Under the pieces are notes generated by a model. It was given only the letters and a program-made list of their open reading frames with translations, ran no database searches and was not told where the DNA came from. This document shows positions 1 through 12,219 of a stretch of 34,402 nucleotides of DNA, piece by piece. Numbering within the stretch: the stretch's first letter is position 1; every line of letters begins with the position of its first letter. The DNA is taken from positions 1-34,402 of the forward strand of contig JAUCBJ010006544.1 of NCBI GenBank assembly GCA_032718475.1, written 5' to 3'. The position numbers and the translations under genes are program-made. This stretch comes from Nemertoderma westbladi. Taxonomy: Eukaryota; Animalia; Xenacoelomorpha.

Positions 1-149
1 AGAGTGTGCTGGAGTTGTTCACAGAAGCTAAATATGCGCCTGCGGCAATGGCTCATGTCTAGGGATACCAAACCCCCCAGGAGGCACGGTGGTGTTGTGT
101 TGCTTGGGCCCAAGCTGTATCTGTAAGTGTGCAATTTGTTATTACCTCC
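1..149 (-). mobile_element. Degenerate CRE-like non-LTR retrotransposon fragment (part downstream of the RTE insertion)
   Basis: Minus-strand translation EVITNCTLTDTAWAQATQP...GGFGI...AAGAYLASV continues the fragment at 3899-4292. Confidence 0.65.
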
Positions 150-3100
150 TACTACTACTACTAGGATCGGCATGCTGCATTGCAGCTGCATTTTTAAGAA
201 TGCTGTGCCGGCTTGTCAACAAAATTGCACCGCCACAACTCCCTATCACCCATGACATTTGCTAGATCATCCGCATCTTTAAGGCCAGTGTCCTTTAAGA
301 TGCGTCTCAAGAAAGTCATGGGCTGTCCACCATGCTTATTCACTCCATGAGGCTGCCAAAGTACAAGATTATGCACTGGCTGGTCCTCACGGCGAAAGCA
401 ATGTCCTGCAAAGCGGAGGCGATTTTGTTCTAGTGTCAAGCTTGGGGGAACCAATGAGACACCTCCAATGTTATATAGTGTCTGGTTGGAGATGTGTGCA
501 TTGTACTTGACACAATGAACCCGGCGTAGCATTCTTGTGAATGTGCCATCCAGAGATTTGGTGTCCTCAGCAGTTAGAGCCCAGCATGGACTCCCGTAGA
601 GGAGTACTGGAACTACTGCTGCTCTAAATAATCGGACCTTAAGTTTCCGATTAATTCTCGGTGACTTCCAAATCCTGGAAAGCCTATTCAAGGCTGCCCA
701 TGCCTTTCCCTTACGTATTCGAAGGTCCTCACCTGACTTCCGGATCCATGACCCCAGGTAACAGAAGTCGTCCACATGCTCAAGCATACCATCCTTTGAG
801 CTTATGCTCATCCGATCAGAGACTTGCTGAGGACTTTCAAAGTTAACTGTCAGAATTTTGGTCTTTCTGGAGTTAATAAAAAAACCAACACTAGAAGCAG
901 CATGTTCTAATGAGCTGAGGAGCCGTTGGGCTCCCTCTAATAATTCTGAGAGTACTCCTAAGTCATCAGCAAAGTCTAGATCAGTTAGGTACTTGGCAGG
1001 ATTTCCTCGACTTCTGGAGCCAGTAGGTGGAGTTATCATCACCCCATCATCATTATAATGATCTAAGGACATGCGTAGAACATAGTCAACCACAATAATG
1101 AACAAGAATGGTGCAAGTGTGTCTCCTTGGAGGACGCCCCATAACACTTCAAATGGTTCTGTGTCACCGTCAACAGTAGACACAAATGTTGTCGAACCAT
1201 CATATACTGATCTGATTGCTGCAATAATTTCATCAGGAATCCCATATAATGAAAGTATGCTGAACATACGTGAGCGAGAGACTGAATCAAAGGCCTTGAA
1301 GAAGTCAACAAAGATAACAGCCAGATGCCTGTCTTTCTTTTTTGATAACTCTTCAATTATCCTTCTAAGTGCCAAAATGGGCTCCATGGTCCCACGACCT
1401 TTACGGAACCCTTCTGATTTCCACGGAGCAGTCTCTCAATGGGATCCCTGATGCGATTTAATAGAATCCTATTGTATAGCTTTGCAGCAATCGAGATCAA
1501 TGAGATTCCCCGAAAAGAACCATAGAGTGTTAGGTTGGGAACTGGCACCAACTTATTTTTTTCATTTCTTGCGGAACTCTTGTTGTTCGGTACATGTCTA
1601 CTATGATGGGATAGATGAGCTTTAAACACTGAGGTATTTTAAAGACCTCAGGGGGAACACCATCTACTCCACTGGCACGATTGGTCTTAATGCTCTTTGC
1701 AGCAGCCTTCACTTCTGCAAAGGAGATATCGCCAATGGGAATATCTGGGAGTTCAGACTCAGACACTTTTACTTCTATAAAGTTATCAGGCAATACCCTG
1801 TCATTATTGAGGAGCTTTTCAAAGTGGACTTTCCAACCATTGAGGCGATCGGCTGGTGATTCAGCCTTCACCTTGGTGGTTGGTTGGCTTTTCCGCCCAG
1901 TAAGCAGATTGATCGATTTCCATGCCTGGGATGATTGCCTGCTGTCGTCAGCATCATTGATGGCATCAACCTGTTGGTTTATTAGCTCCTGTAGATTAGC
2001 AGAGTACTGCCTGTTCAGGGACCTAGATGCAGCCTTAACTGCATTCTTGGCCGCTGTAGTCTGTTTGAGTCGGGACTCTTTCTGCGCCTTATGAAGGTCA
2101 TTTCGGCACTTCTGAATTTTGTTGTCAGTCCAGGGGGCCCTTTTCCTGTTTCGAGGGTATACAGGAACTGTTTCTGCAGCTGCTAACTTAACTGCTTCTG
2201 TAAAGGCAGTATAGCCCTCGCAGTGATCTGCCGCCTCAGAGGCAAGAGCCTCATACCTGTTGCTCAGCTGTAGTGTGAAGCTGGATCTCACACTTGGCTG
2301 TTGCAACAGAGAGGACCAGTCATGCCGCGGCAAGGCAGATTTCGTTGTTCTGCTAGCACGCAGACTAAGTCTTACCTTGGCCACAATAAGGCGGTGATCA
2401 CTGGAGAAGGGTCGAAGTGTAAATGCATTACAGTCTTGTATAGAGCTCCTGTATTTCCTACGAAACAGAATATGGTCTATCTGGGACATGTGACCACTGG
2501 GTCCACTATGAGTCCATAGCTTTCCAGTTCGCTTCTTGAACTGGGTTCCAGCCGAAAACAATCCATTTCCAGAGATAAAATCCTGAATATGGACAGAATT
2601 TCGGTTAACACTATTGCTATAGACCCAGGGCGATGTAGGTGATTGATGCAGACTTGCATTAAAGTCTCCCAGGAATGTTAAGAATGCATGCTGATCCACT
2701 CCATCAGTAGCTGCTTGTAGATTGTGGTAGAAATTTTCCACCTCCTCTAAAGGGGCAACACTAGTTGGAGAGTAGCACACAATCAGAACCACCTTAGGAA
2801 ACTTCTTAGCCAGTCTTCCAGAACATGAGAAGTGGCAACGGACGATGCGGTTAGAGATTTGGTCTATTTTGTCCAATGCTGCATGTGCAGTTGGATTCAT
2901 CAATAGACCAATTCCACCATTGCCACTATCATCTGCTGACGCGAGGGCGAGTCGCCAACCGCCCCCCATGTCCTTAATCAGAACCTCATCAGTCTGTCCA
3001 GTCTGCATTCGGTGCTCTTGAACACCCACTGCGCTAAGAGAAAGCTTATCTGCCAAGGCAGTCAGCTCACCTTGTCGCATTGGGGACCCGAGTGTTAGGG

Positions 3101-3898
3101 TGTTTACTGAGGCTAGTCTTGTGACTTGCCTCAGATTCACCAATGGCTTTGTTGGTCGGGGTGGAACATGAGAGTAACCTCCAACTCCAGAATCCCTCTC
3201 CCCATCACAATCTGGCCTTCCTGGTGACCCAGGGTTTGGGCCAGAAAGGTCATCAGGAAAGGGACTCAAAGAATTGTTTGCCGCCCTCTCTCCAGTAGGG
3301 GGTGAGACAGGCAGCCGGTCAGGAGTTAACTGACGCCTGTGAGGCCGATTGTGTCCGGTAATTCCACTGGCCTCTAGTGGCCGGACCTCCGCATTGCTAA
3401 TGTAATCCATAGTGGGGGTTGGGGGTGCTTTTTTGCCGAGTCAGCTCTCGGGGCAAATACCACACCCTGGTTTGCCATTCCACAGGGTGGGTGTCGCAAT
3501 GGAGTCAGATATGAGGCCCATCACCCATATCTACTCTGGCGCACATGACCCACCATTGGCTGTTGCAGCTCATCTGCTGGGTCATGCCCTGTACCCTTGC
3601 TGCCAGGTGCAGGTCGCAGTGAAGTGCACTCAGAGTGGACATGAGAACACTCTACTCCTGACCAACCATTGGTAGATCACCATCTGCCTGGCCAGGCCAT
3701 ATACCCCTGCAGCCAAGTATATGGGTCCTTAATCCAGGACCAAGGGCGTCCTTATCCCAGAACGAAGGGGTCCTAGTTACAGGACCAGATTTGCCCTAGT
3801 AAGAGGGTCTATGCAGCTACAGGTGGCACCTCCTTTATGCTGCATGGAGGTGGCAAGTTTTCTTGATCAATGACCTAGAATCCTGACCTGACCATCGA
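150..3898 (-). mobile_element. Full-length RTE-clade LINE with frameshifts
   Basis: Single APE-RT coding region, ~490-nt 5' UTR, (TAG)n 3' tail at 150-163, TSD TTATTACCTCC at 139-149 and 3899-3909. Confidence 0.92.
194..3410 (-). pseudogene. RTE APE endonuclease-reverse transcriptase ORF, broken by two frameshifts (near 1560 and near 1410)
   Basis: Endonuclease motifs VQEH, YSPT, GDFNA, QIDHI, SDH; RT motifs RGISLISIAAKLY, DFFKAFDSV, GVLQGDTLAPFLF, DFADD, YLGS, spread over three frames. Confidence 0.9.
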
Positions 3899-4292
3899 TT
3901 ATTACCTCCAGAGCAGTGCGAAGGTTGGCATCGATATTGGAGAGGATGTGAATGTTGGGGCAGTACGTAGAAGGTATGTCAGCTTTGGGATCCCCAGGCA
4001 GTGTACGTAGAAGGTATGTCAGCTTTGGGATCCCCAGGCAGTGTACGTAGAAGGTATGTCAGCTTTGGGATCCCCAGGCAGTTCTTCAGTAGAAAGAATG
4101 CATCATGTTTGTTTAGTATCTTGAGGCGGTCAGTGAATGTATTTATGGCATGTTCCTTCTCGATTAGTGCAGCATTTAGTGCATCACTACCGATGGGTGA
4201 GCCGAGGAGTGTGAGATCGTTATATGGAACGATCTTTATACCAGGAGGGAGCTCTTGTTGAAAGGCATCTGTGATAGTCGGCGCATTTGTAT
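3899..4292 (-). mobile_element. Degenerate CRE-like non-LTR retrotransposon fragment (RT thumb region)
   Basis: Minus-strand translation LTLLGSPIGSD...HDAFFLLKNCLGIPKLTYLLRT...LSNIDANLRTALE resembles the post-RT region of CRE-clade elements. Confidence 0.7.
3963..4082. repeat. Perfect 40-bp tandem triplication inside the CRE-like fragment
   Basis: gtacgtagaaggtatgtcagctttgggatccccaggcagt x3. Confidence 0.95.
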
Positions 4293-4667
4293 TTTTAATA
4301 ATATAAGTATTTTTGAGGTTCAGTTTAAATTATATTTGAAAATGTAACGACACAAAATGCAAAAAGAGGCCACGAGGAACATAATATTAGGCTAAACATT
4401 TTTGGGTAATAAATTGAAGCAGCTTTATTTTTGTTTACCGAAAATTTAATAAAAGTCCTCATTATTCAATTCACTTATTTGATACCGTAACGTAATTAAT
4501 TATTCAGGTGATGTGACTATTTCGACTGTTTTATTAGGGGCTTGTATAATGTAAAGGTTTCGACCTATTCAGTAGTCCCAAAACTACTGTAATACAAGAC
4601 ATTAGGTCTACTGTACTTCATAGAGTAATTAATTCAGTACTTAATACTATTGGTCGAACAATATTAG

Positions 4668-4934
4668 GTGCGGATCTGGGACGAAGACAAAGATTTCCGT
4701 TCCCAGCTTCCGGACTTCTTAAAGAAGTCGCTAGAATCGGACGACTTCCTCGGACAGACGGTGATCGATGTCCGGACACTGTCCGGGGTCAAGGACGTCT
4801 GGTACAACCTGGAGAAGCGGACGGACCGCAGTCTGGTGTCCGGATCCATTCGCATCAGTATCAGTATCGTAATGAAAGGAGAGCAGATCGAGAATCTATC
4901 GAGTTTCCACGAGCAGTACACTTGCATACACGAG
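4668..4934 (+). CDS. unc-13: Unc13 C2B exon, variant A (267 nt, phase 0/0)
   Basis: ttag|GTG...GAG|gtaccc; [40 protein letters not shown]...[10 protein letters not shown]. The donor is weak. Confidence 0.8.
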
Positions 4935-5676
4935 GTACCCGCCATGTTGGACCGGAAGTTACTGCTGGTCATGGGGATCGCTTCTGATTGGCTTTTCTCT
5001 ACCTAACTAGCTAGCTAGCTAGCCTTTTGTACTCCCTACCCTATGCTTTTCTTATTGTACTTGCGCTTAAATAATACCAGTGTACATTGACGCTAAATTT
5101 AGACTAATCTTTTTTATGTGTTAATTCAAGAAGCTTGTTCTAGTTGTGTCATTCCAAAGCTTCCAATTTGAAAGCCCTGTTTCGACCCCTAGATGGGGCA
5201 ACACTGTTTCGGCGCAGTGCTTTAAAGGCTGCAGTCTTGACCAACACAGACCTTCATCCTTCAGGTTAATAATTAACTTCGAAATAATCTCGTGGTAAAT
5301 TATTCTCGTGCTACAAAATGGCTTTATCTTCAAATTATTTGTTTGCTGTAGGGATAAGCAAACATTAACTAAATTTAATATATTATAAAATGTTGTTTAA
5401 AAGAAACTCATAAAAAGTTGTCTTGGGATTTTGCGTCAAAATAAACTGATATTGTTAAGCTAAAGAAAATGGCTTCTAGAATTATTATAAAATTTGAGCG
5501 CTCACTTAGCTAGCTAGCTATCGCATGATAATTTATTAACCTGTCCAGTTTTACCCATATTTTTACCCTCTTTTGCGCCAGGTGGTGTTAAGTAAATAAC
5601 ATTATGTCCTTTTCTCTATATTTCTTTGTTCTGTATAGCATTTATTGACTTTATTGGTTTGCGGTGGTTTCTTTAG

Positions 5677-5943
5677 GTGCGCGTCTGGGACGAGGATTCG
5701 GACTTTTGGTCGCGACTTAAACTCCAACTGATCCGCGAATCAGACGACTTTCTCGGACAAACTATAATCGATGTCCGGACACTGTCCGGGAACATGGACG
5801 TGTGGTACAACATGGACAAGCGCACTGACAAGTCGCAAGTGTCCGGCGCCATACGTTTGATTATTGGCGTAGAAATGAAAGGGACAGCAGACAAACTGGG
5901 TTCTGCGGTCTCATTCCATCAGCAGTTTACTGCGCTGCATGAG
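5677..5943 (+). CDS. unc-13: Unc13 C2B exon, variant B (267 nt, phase 0/0)
   Basis: tttag|GTG...GAG|gttagg; [45 protein letters not shown]...[10 protein letters not shown]. Confidence 0.9.
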
Positions 5944-7896
5944 GTTAGGGTAAAGCCCCTGCCCCCGCTGCCCCCTAAGCGTCCCCTCCCGCCAGTATCA
6001 CCATGGCTACAACAATATTGTGGGGATTTTTTATATTGAAAATCTATATTTCACAGAAAACTAAACAAGATATTCGAAACAACAACTTTACACCGTGTTG
6101 TCCCACACTTTTGTTTCAGTTTCTTCAAAATTGTAACATTACAATTGTGGAAACAAAATTGTTTTTTGCGGAATTTGTTACATTTTATAATTGGTATAAA
6201 TAGAGCATCAAGTAGGAAAATTGGCTGTAAAGTCAACATTACTTAGCTGTTTAAATGTACAACTCTTAGTGATATATTGTCCTGTAAGCGTAAAGTATAT
6301 TCCTTAGTTCTGGTCGTATAAAGTATTTTTATATACACTTAAATCACTACAATATTTTGTGTAAACAAACAACTTGGATCAGCACCATCCGCAACCGTGA
6401 TGTACTACAGCTAAAATTAACCAAGACAAGTAAAATTCCACAATATTGTTGTACATGGGTTTATACGAAGAACCAACTTAGATATGTTAATAGAATCCCT
6501 ATAGATGTTCAATTTGATTGGATCCCTGTGTATTATGCTCGTCATTGATTCTCTTGATGGCCTGCTCTGATTGGACACCTTCCATGTTGCAGCTCATTAG
6601 ATTAACCTATTCTTTAAAACATTTTGTAGTGTTGCAGTTAGTGTGTCGCAATAAACCTTCAGAATTGTTTGTGATTAAAGGCTGATAGTGCGCATGCGCA
6701 AATGTGTATTTTAGTGCGATAGATTTAGTGTTTTGTTTGCAGTCGAGTGTATATTTCACGTGAGGTACACCTCCTAGAGATTAATCATTCACAAACGCTG
6801 GGCATCATAATTCGTCAGCCGCGAAGCACAGGAATTGTTTGGATATAGGTGTGTTTATGAAAGCTGTCGCCCTTTGACCATTAATTCCTAAAAATTTACA
6901 ATCGAATAAGACCCAGGATCAGGATCACCTGCCACTGAGGATTCAAACGCCATTGACGCGACTGGCTCATGTTGCTGTATTTTACTCCTATTTAAGTTAT
7001 GTTCCGTCTTTTTCGCCGCCTTTTACTCCACTAAAGATGTCATTTTTATCTTTAATTGAATGTCGAATACTTATGTGTTACCTGGGTCTTCCCTTAGCGA
7101 CGTTGCTACAGATTAATTCGGACCCTATCGGGATGGTCCCTGTATATTAGACTCATATTGAGTCGCCTACCGATATGTACGTATTTTGATGTAATATATT
7201 ATATATTGGATGGTTTTACTCCGGATGAGCGCAATGCACTAACTGTTGCTAGACAGGTTATATATCCTAAACTGTTACATTTATTTTTGCTATTCTGGCC
7301 TGTTTTCTATTTATCATCCCAACATAACTGCATGTTATTTTTGTGTCCGTCACTCTGTATAAATGTTTACGGTTTGTTTAATGTTTATTTATGTACACCA
7401 TATGTACTCTTGTATATATATTTAGTGATTTAAATTCACACTCTAGAACTCGTAGAGCACACCAAATTAAGTATATAAACCTAAAACTACACTTTACCAA
7501 ATATTTAAGTAGGGGCCTAAGAGTTGTAAAAATTACGCCATGTATCATATATGTCATCATTTTCAATATTTCCTTAATTTTATTTTTTTATAGATAGACT
7601 GAAAGTGATTATTTTTTTATAAAGTTTTGTTCTTTAATTAAAAGTAAAAGTTAATTTCATATTTTGTTTAGGTCATTAATTGCTTAATATACTGTATAGC
7701 AATTATAATTTAATCAAAATTGGTAAAAAGTATTAATAACAATTCTTATTTATTTTCTTAATAAATATTAAACATTCTTTACACCTTTATTCAATGTAAT
7801 TTATTAATAAACAACTAACAATAACATATAGCACATTAAGCACAATAATATAATGTTTAATTTCTTGATAAATATAAACAATAACATTTTCTCTAG

Positions 7897-8069
7897 AATT
7901 TATTCCACCATCTCTGTGAGGAGAATGGTGGAGATGTGCCATTACCGAGCGCCCAGGATAGGTTGAAAGAGGCGGAACCATGGAAACTATACTTCGATTC
8001 AATACCGCAGGAAATTATTACTGAATTTAGTTTGAGATTTGGAATCGAAGACATTTACAAAGCTATGAC
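7897..8069 (+). CDS. unc-13: Unc13 exon (phase 0/2)
   Basis: ctctag|AAT...AC|gtaagt; NLFHHLCEE...WKLYFDSIPQEIITEFSLRFGIEDIYKAMT. Confidence 0.92.
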
Positions 8070-8219
8070 GTAAGTTCTAAATATAAATCGTGTAGCAGGA
8101 CTTAGAAAAATATCTTGTTTAATACTGCTAATTTACTTTTTGTCAAATAATTGTAATAGGACTGACACGAAAATACATAAAATTATTATTGGAAATGCTG
8201 CAAAAAAATAATTTTACCT

Positions 8220-10200
8220 TATTTTATTATTATTATTATTAATTTCTTTCGTACATAACTTATGAGAATATACTAATCATATGGTAGTACAGGAGCACAA
8301 TAATTAAATTACCAACAAAAAAAGAAAAAAAAAATATATAATAAGTAATGTAAGGTAGGTAGAATCAGTCTGAGGAGACATGCTCCAAAAGCATCCTAAT
8401 TTCATTATTTGAAAACCCCGCTATTGCCAAATCGCCGTTTCTAACTCGGCATAATTCCCTTCACAAATCCACCCTCCACCCTCCAAACTGCGTCGCTCGT
8501 AAGGGCGTACGGCAAATTTACACTAATTGATTAATTGCACAATAAAACAAATATCGGAGAGGTTACACTCATTGCATACGCCTAATATTTAACCCACTAC
8601 TACGACTTCGGCCATCATTCCACACTAATCTGGACAAAAACTGACTCAGCTTGTTAGACGCTAACATCGTTTTCGAAAAGTTTAACTAGTTGTTTCGTAA
8701 TCAGAAATTTAGGATGCTCAAAGTTTACCAGTCCTTCAACAATGAACCGATGGGCATTATATGGTAATGCCCATACAATTCTAATGTTGTTGTTCCATGC
8801 ACTATAAACTCGCTTACAACCTTCAGAATATATATCCCAAACCGGACAACCATAAAAATATGTACAATATACACGTTGTAGATATGATAAAATATGTGGC
8901 GACGCAAAATTAAATTCCTGACATAAATTTGATAATTTACCAATAAATGCACCTCTTTTCCTTTGAGTATCACGTAATAAATTACATTTGTAATCGAGCA
9001 AAATACCTAAATGCATAGCCTCCTGAACCCACGGTAGTGAAATGCCGTTTACAACAATTTCAGCTCTAGGTGGTTTCCGTACAAAATTAAACGGAATTAC
9101 ACAACTTAGATTTACACAACTTCTGGTCGCAATTAACACTTAGTTTTAACTTAAATTCAGTACAAAAATCTACACAGATATCGATCATATATTGTAAACC
9201 AAAAACTGATAGACATAATAATAACACATCGTCTGCGTATGCTAGACAACCAAAATATATATTACCAATAGAGCACCCTACACAAGATATACGTAATCGA
9301 TTTATTAGAATATTTACAACTACACAAAAAAATATCGGTGAGATCACCGACCCTTTTGCCTAACACAGTTCGGATGTATCTGAATTATTATTATTCCATC
9401 GCACATGACACGATTGATTAACATATATGTATAATTCGTGTATGTATAATAAGCACCGCAAAAAAGAACCCTTTTTTTAGTAGTTCTAAAAACAAATTCT
9501 TCCAATTAACTGGGTCGAAGGCCTTGGTGAAATCCAACATACAACCCAAAACAGGAGTGTTATTGCGTTTGTATAGTAACCAATTACCCCAGTGGCCGTC
9601 CAAGTACACATAACAGTGCTGGTCTTAGCCTGAAAGCAAAATTGAAGTTCATCTAAAATAAGTTTATCTTTCTGAGTTATTAACAGCACCCATTCAAATA
9701 CTTTCAAAATTAGAGATGCAATAGCTATTAGCTCTATAATTATTCGTGCATGCTATACTACTTAATTTATTCTTAACTAGTGGCACCATTGCAATCGTTA
9801 AAGACACTTAGATAACAACCCATGTACCAAAAATGCATTAAAAAGAATTACCAGATGGGTTTCAAAGTTAACACCACCATTAATAGGTGCACCGGAATCA
9901 AAACAGTAGGAACCATCTGATTTGCCTACCTTTAAATGTTGCAAAGCATCATGAATATACACTCTGCGGTAATGGAACAAAATGAACGACTACCATCCTG
10001 CAGTCTGTCGTTAATTTCAGACGTAATACTCAACTGTATCACTCCGATTATATAACTCATTATAAATATTAGCGAACTTTCCTGCAATTGCTTGGGGATC
10101 TGTCTCCCCTTCTATGGAATCACTGACAACATTACCATTCCCCCGCAATTTTCGTATTTCATAAAAAATCGCGGTGTTCCCACTCAGTGATAAGACTCAG
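8220..10200 (-). mobile_element. 5'-truncated degenerate LINE (CR1/L2-group-like RT; clade not resolved)
   Basis: Fragmented RT motifs LKVGKSDG, FCFQAKTST, LDFTKAFD, LAYADD, HLG; (AAT)n-like tail near 8221-8240. Ends are approximate. Confidence 0.8.
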
Positions 10201-10299
10201 CGAAATTTTCTTTTTTTCTGCTGGGAAAAAGTGAAATTCCCTATTTTCCCTACTTCTCGTGTCTGTCCACTAAGTACGCCTTGTTATTGTATCTTCTAG

Positions 10300-10522
10300 A
10301 CACTTCTCCTGCCTGTCCACTAAGTACGCCTGCCTTGGGGTCCCCGCCGTTATGTCCACTCTCCTCGCCAACATCAACGCGTTCTACTCCCACTCCGGCT
10401 CCGCTCTCAGCAACGTCTCGTGCAGCGATCGATTCTCCGCCTCCAACTTCGGTAAGGATCGTTTCACTAGACTTCTGGATCAACTACATAACTCATTGCG
10501 GATCGATCTGTCCATGTATCGG
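10300..10522 (+). CDS. unc-13: Unc13 exon (phase 2/0)
   Basis: ttctag|A CAC...CGG|gttagt; [29 protein letters not shown]...[15 protein letters not shown]. Confidence 0.93.
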
Positions 10523-10600
10523 GTTAGTGAACGTCTATTGTCTATTCATCCATACAGATAAACATAAATGGGGGGGGGGGGGGGGGGGGGGGTCTAGAGG

Positions 10601-11382
10601 TACGTGTCCCAGATTAGTTACTCACCATCTAGTTATATTCCAGAAAAGTTACTGACCATCTATTTATGTCAGGGAAAGTTAGTGACCATCTATTTATGTC
10701 CCGGGAAAGTTAGTGACCATCTATTTATGTCCCACATTAGTTACTGACCATCTATTTATGTCCCAGATTAGTTACTGACCATCTATTTATGTCAGGGAAA
10801 GTTAGTGACCATCTATTTATGTTCCAGATTAGTTAGTGACCATCTATTTATGTCAGGGAAAGTTAGTGACCATCTATTTATGTTCCAGATTAATTACTGA
10901 CCATCTATTTATGTTCCAGATTAGTTACTGACCATCTATTTATGTTCCAGATTAGTTAGTGACCATCTATTTATGTCAGGGAAAGTTAGTGACCATCTAT
11001 TTATGTTCCAGATTAGTTAGTGACCATCTATTTATGTCCCAGATTAGTTACTGACCATCTATTTAAGTCCCAGGAAAGTTAGTGACCATCTATTTATGTT
11101 CCAGATTAGTTACTGACCATCTATTTATGTCCCAGATTAGTTACTGACCATCTATTTAAGCCCCAGGAAAGTTAGTGACCATCTATTTATGTTCCAGATT
11201 AGTTACTGACCATCTATTTAAGCCCCAGGAAAGTTACTGACCATCTATTTATGTCCCAGATTAGTTAGTGATCATCTATTTATGTCCCAGATTAGTTAGT
11301 GATCATCTAGTTATATTCAAGAAAAGTTACTGACCATCTATTTATGTTCCAGAAAAGTTAGTGACCATCTATTTATGTCTCA
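10601..11382. repeat. 30-32-bp minisatellite, left part
   Basis: Units such as gaccatctatttatgtcagggaaagttagt and gaccatctatttatgttccagattagttact. Confidence 0.95.
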
Positions 11383-12219
11383 GGTCAGGTCTGGTATTCA
11401 AGGTCATTGATCAAGAAAACTTGCCACCTCCATGCAGCATAAATGAGGTGCCACCTGTAGCTGCATAGACCCTCTTACTAGGGCAAATCTGGTCCTGTAA
11501 CTAGGACCCCCTTCGTTCTGGGATAAGGACGCCCTTGGTCCTGGATTAAGGATCAATATACTTGGCTGCAGGGGTATATGGCCTGGCCAGGCAGATGGTG
11601 ATCTACCAATGGTTGGTCAGGAGTAGAGTGTTCTCAAGTCCACTCTGAGTGCACTTCACTGCGACCTGCACCTGGCAGCAAGGGTACAGGGCATGACCCA
11701 GCAGATGAGCTGCACAGCCAATGGTGGGTCATGTGCGCCAGAGTAGATATGGGTGATGGGCCTCATATCTGACTCCATTGCGACACCCACCCTTTGGAAT
11801 GGCAAACCAGGGTGTGGTATTTGCCCCGAGAGCTGACTCGGCAAAAAAGCACCCCCCAACCCCACTATGGATTACATTAGTAATGCGGAGGTCCAGCCAC
11901 TAGAGGCCAGTGGAATTACCGGACACAATCGGCCTCACAGGCGTCAGTTATCACAGGCCTGACCAGCTGCCTGTCTCACCCCCTACTGGAGAGAGAGTAA
12001 CCAACAATTCTTTGAGTCCCTTTCCTGATGACCTTTCTGGCCCAAACCCTGGGTCACCAGGGAGGCCAGATTGTGAGGGGGAGAGGGAGTCTGAAGTTGG
12101 AGACTACTCTCATGTTCCACCCCGACCAACAAAGCCATTGATGAATCTGAGGCAAGTCACTAGACTAGCCTCAGTAAACACCCTAACACTCAGGTTCCCA
12201 ATGCGACAAGGTGAGCTGA
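11383..12219 (+). mobile_element. 5' fragment of the same RTE family (5' UTR and start of ORF), inverted relative to the copy at 150-3898
   Basis: Near-identical reverse complement of about 3062-3893; ATG at 11867 (MDYISNAEV). Confidence 0.93.

Noticed and set aside
3412-3893. HDV-like ribozyme in the RTE 5' UTR
   Set aside because: I could not assemble P1/P2/P3/P1.1 with a canonical L3 by eye. It is kept only as a generic structured-leader finding.
5006-5520. Two (TAGC)n palindromic runs between the duplicated exons as docking/selector elements
   Set aside because: These are short self-complementary microsatellites, and similar motifs occur elsewhere in the window.
6440-7000. GC-richer stretch with CCAAT-like, GCGCATGCGC and CTGANGA-like motifs
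   Set aside because: There is no ORF, no complete hammerhead core and no second copy in the window. It cannot be classified.
7741-7906. Possible degenerate copies of the 7897 acceptor region (ttcttaataaatattaaaca...), with similar hints near 24291 and 32007
   Set aside because: The matches are AT-rich and short, so chance cannot be excluded without statistics.
10569-10592. Long G run near a donor (also G/C runs at 23937-23959 and 24166-24184)
   Set aside because: They are homopolymers with no further supporting structure, and their lengths may be unreliable.
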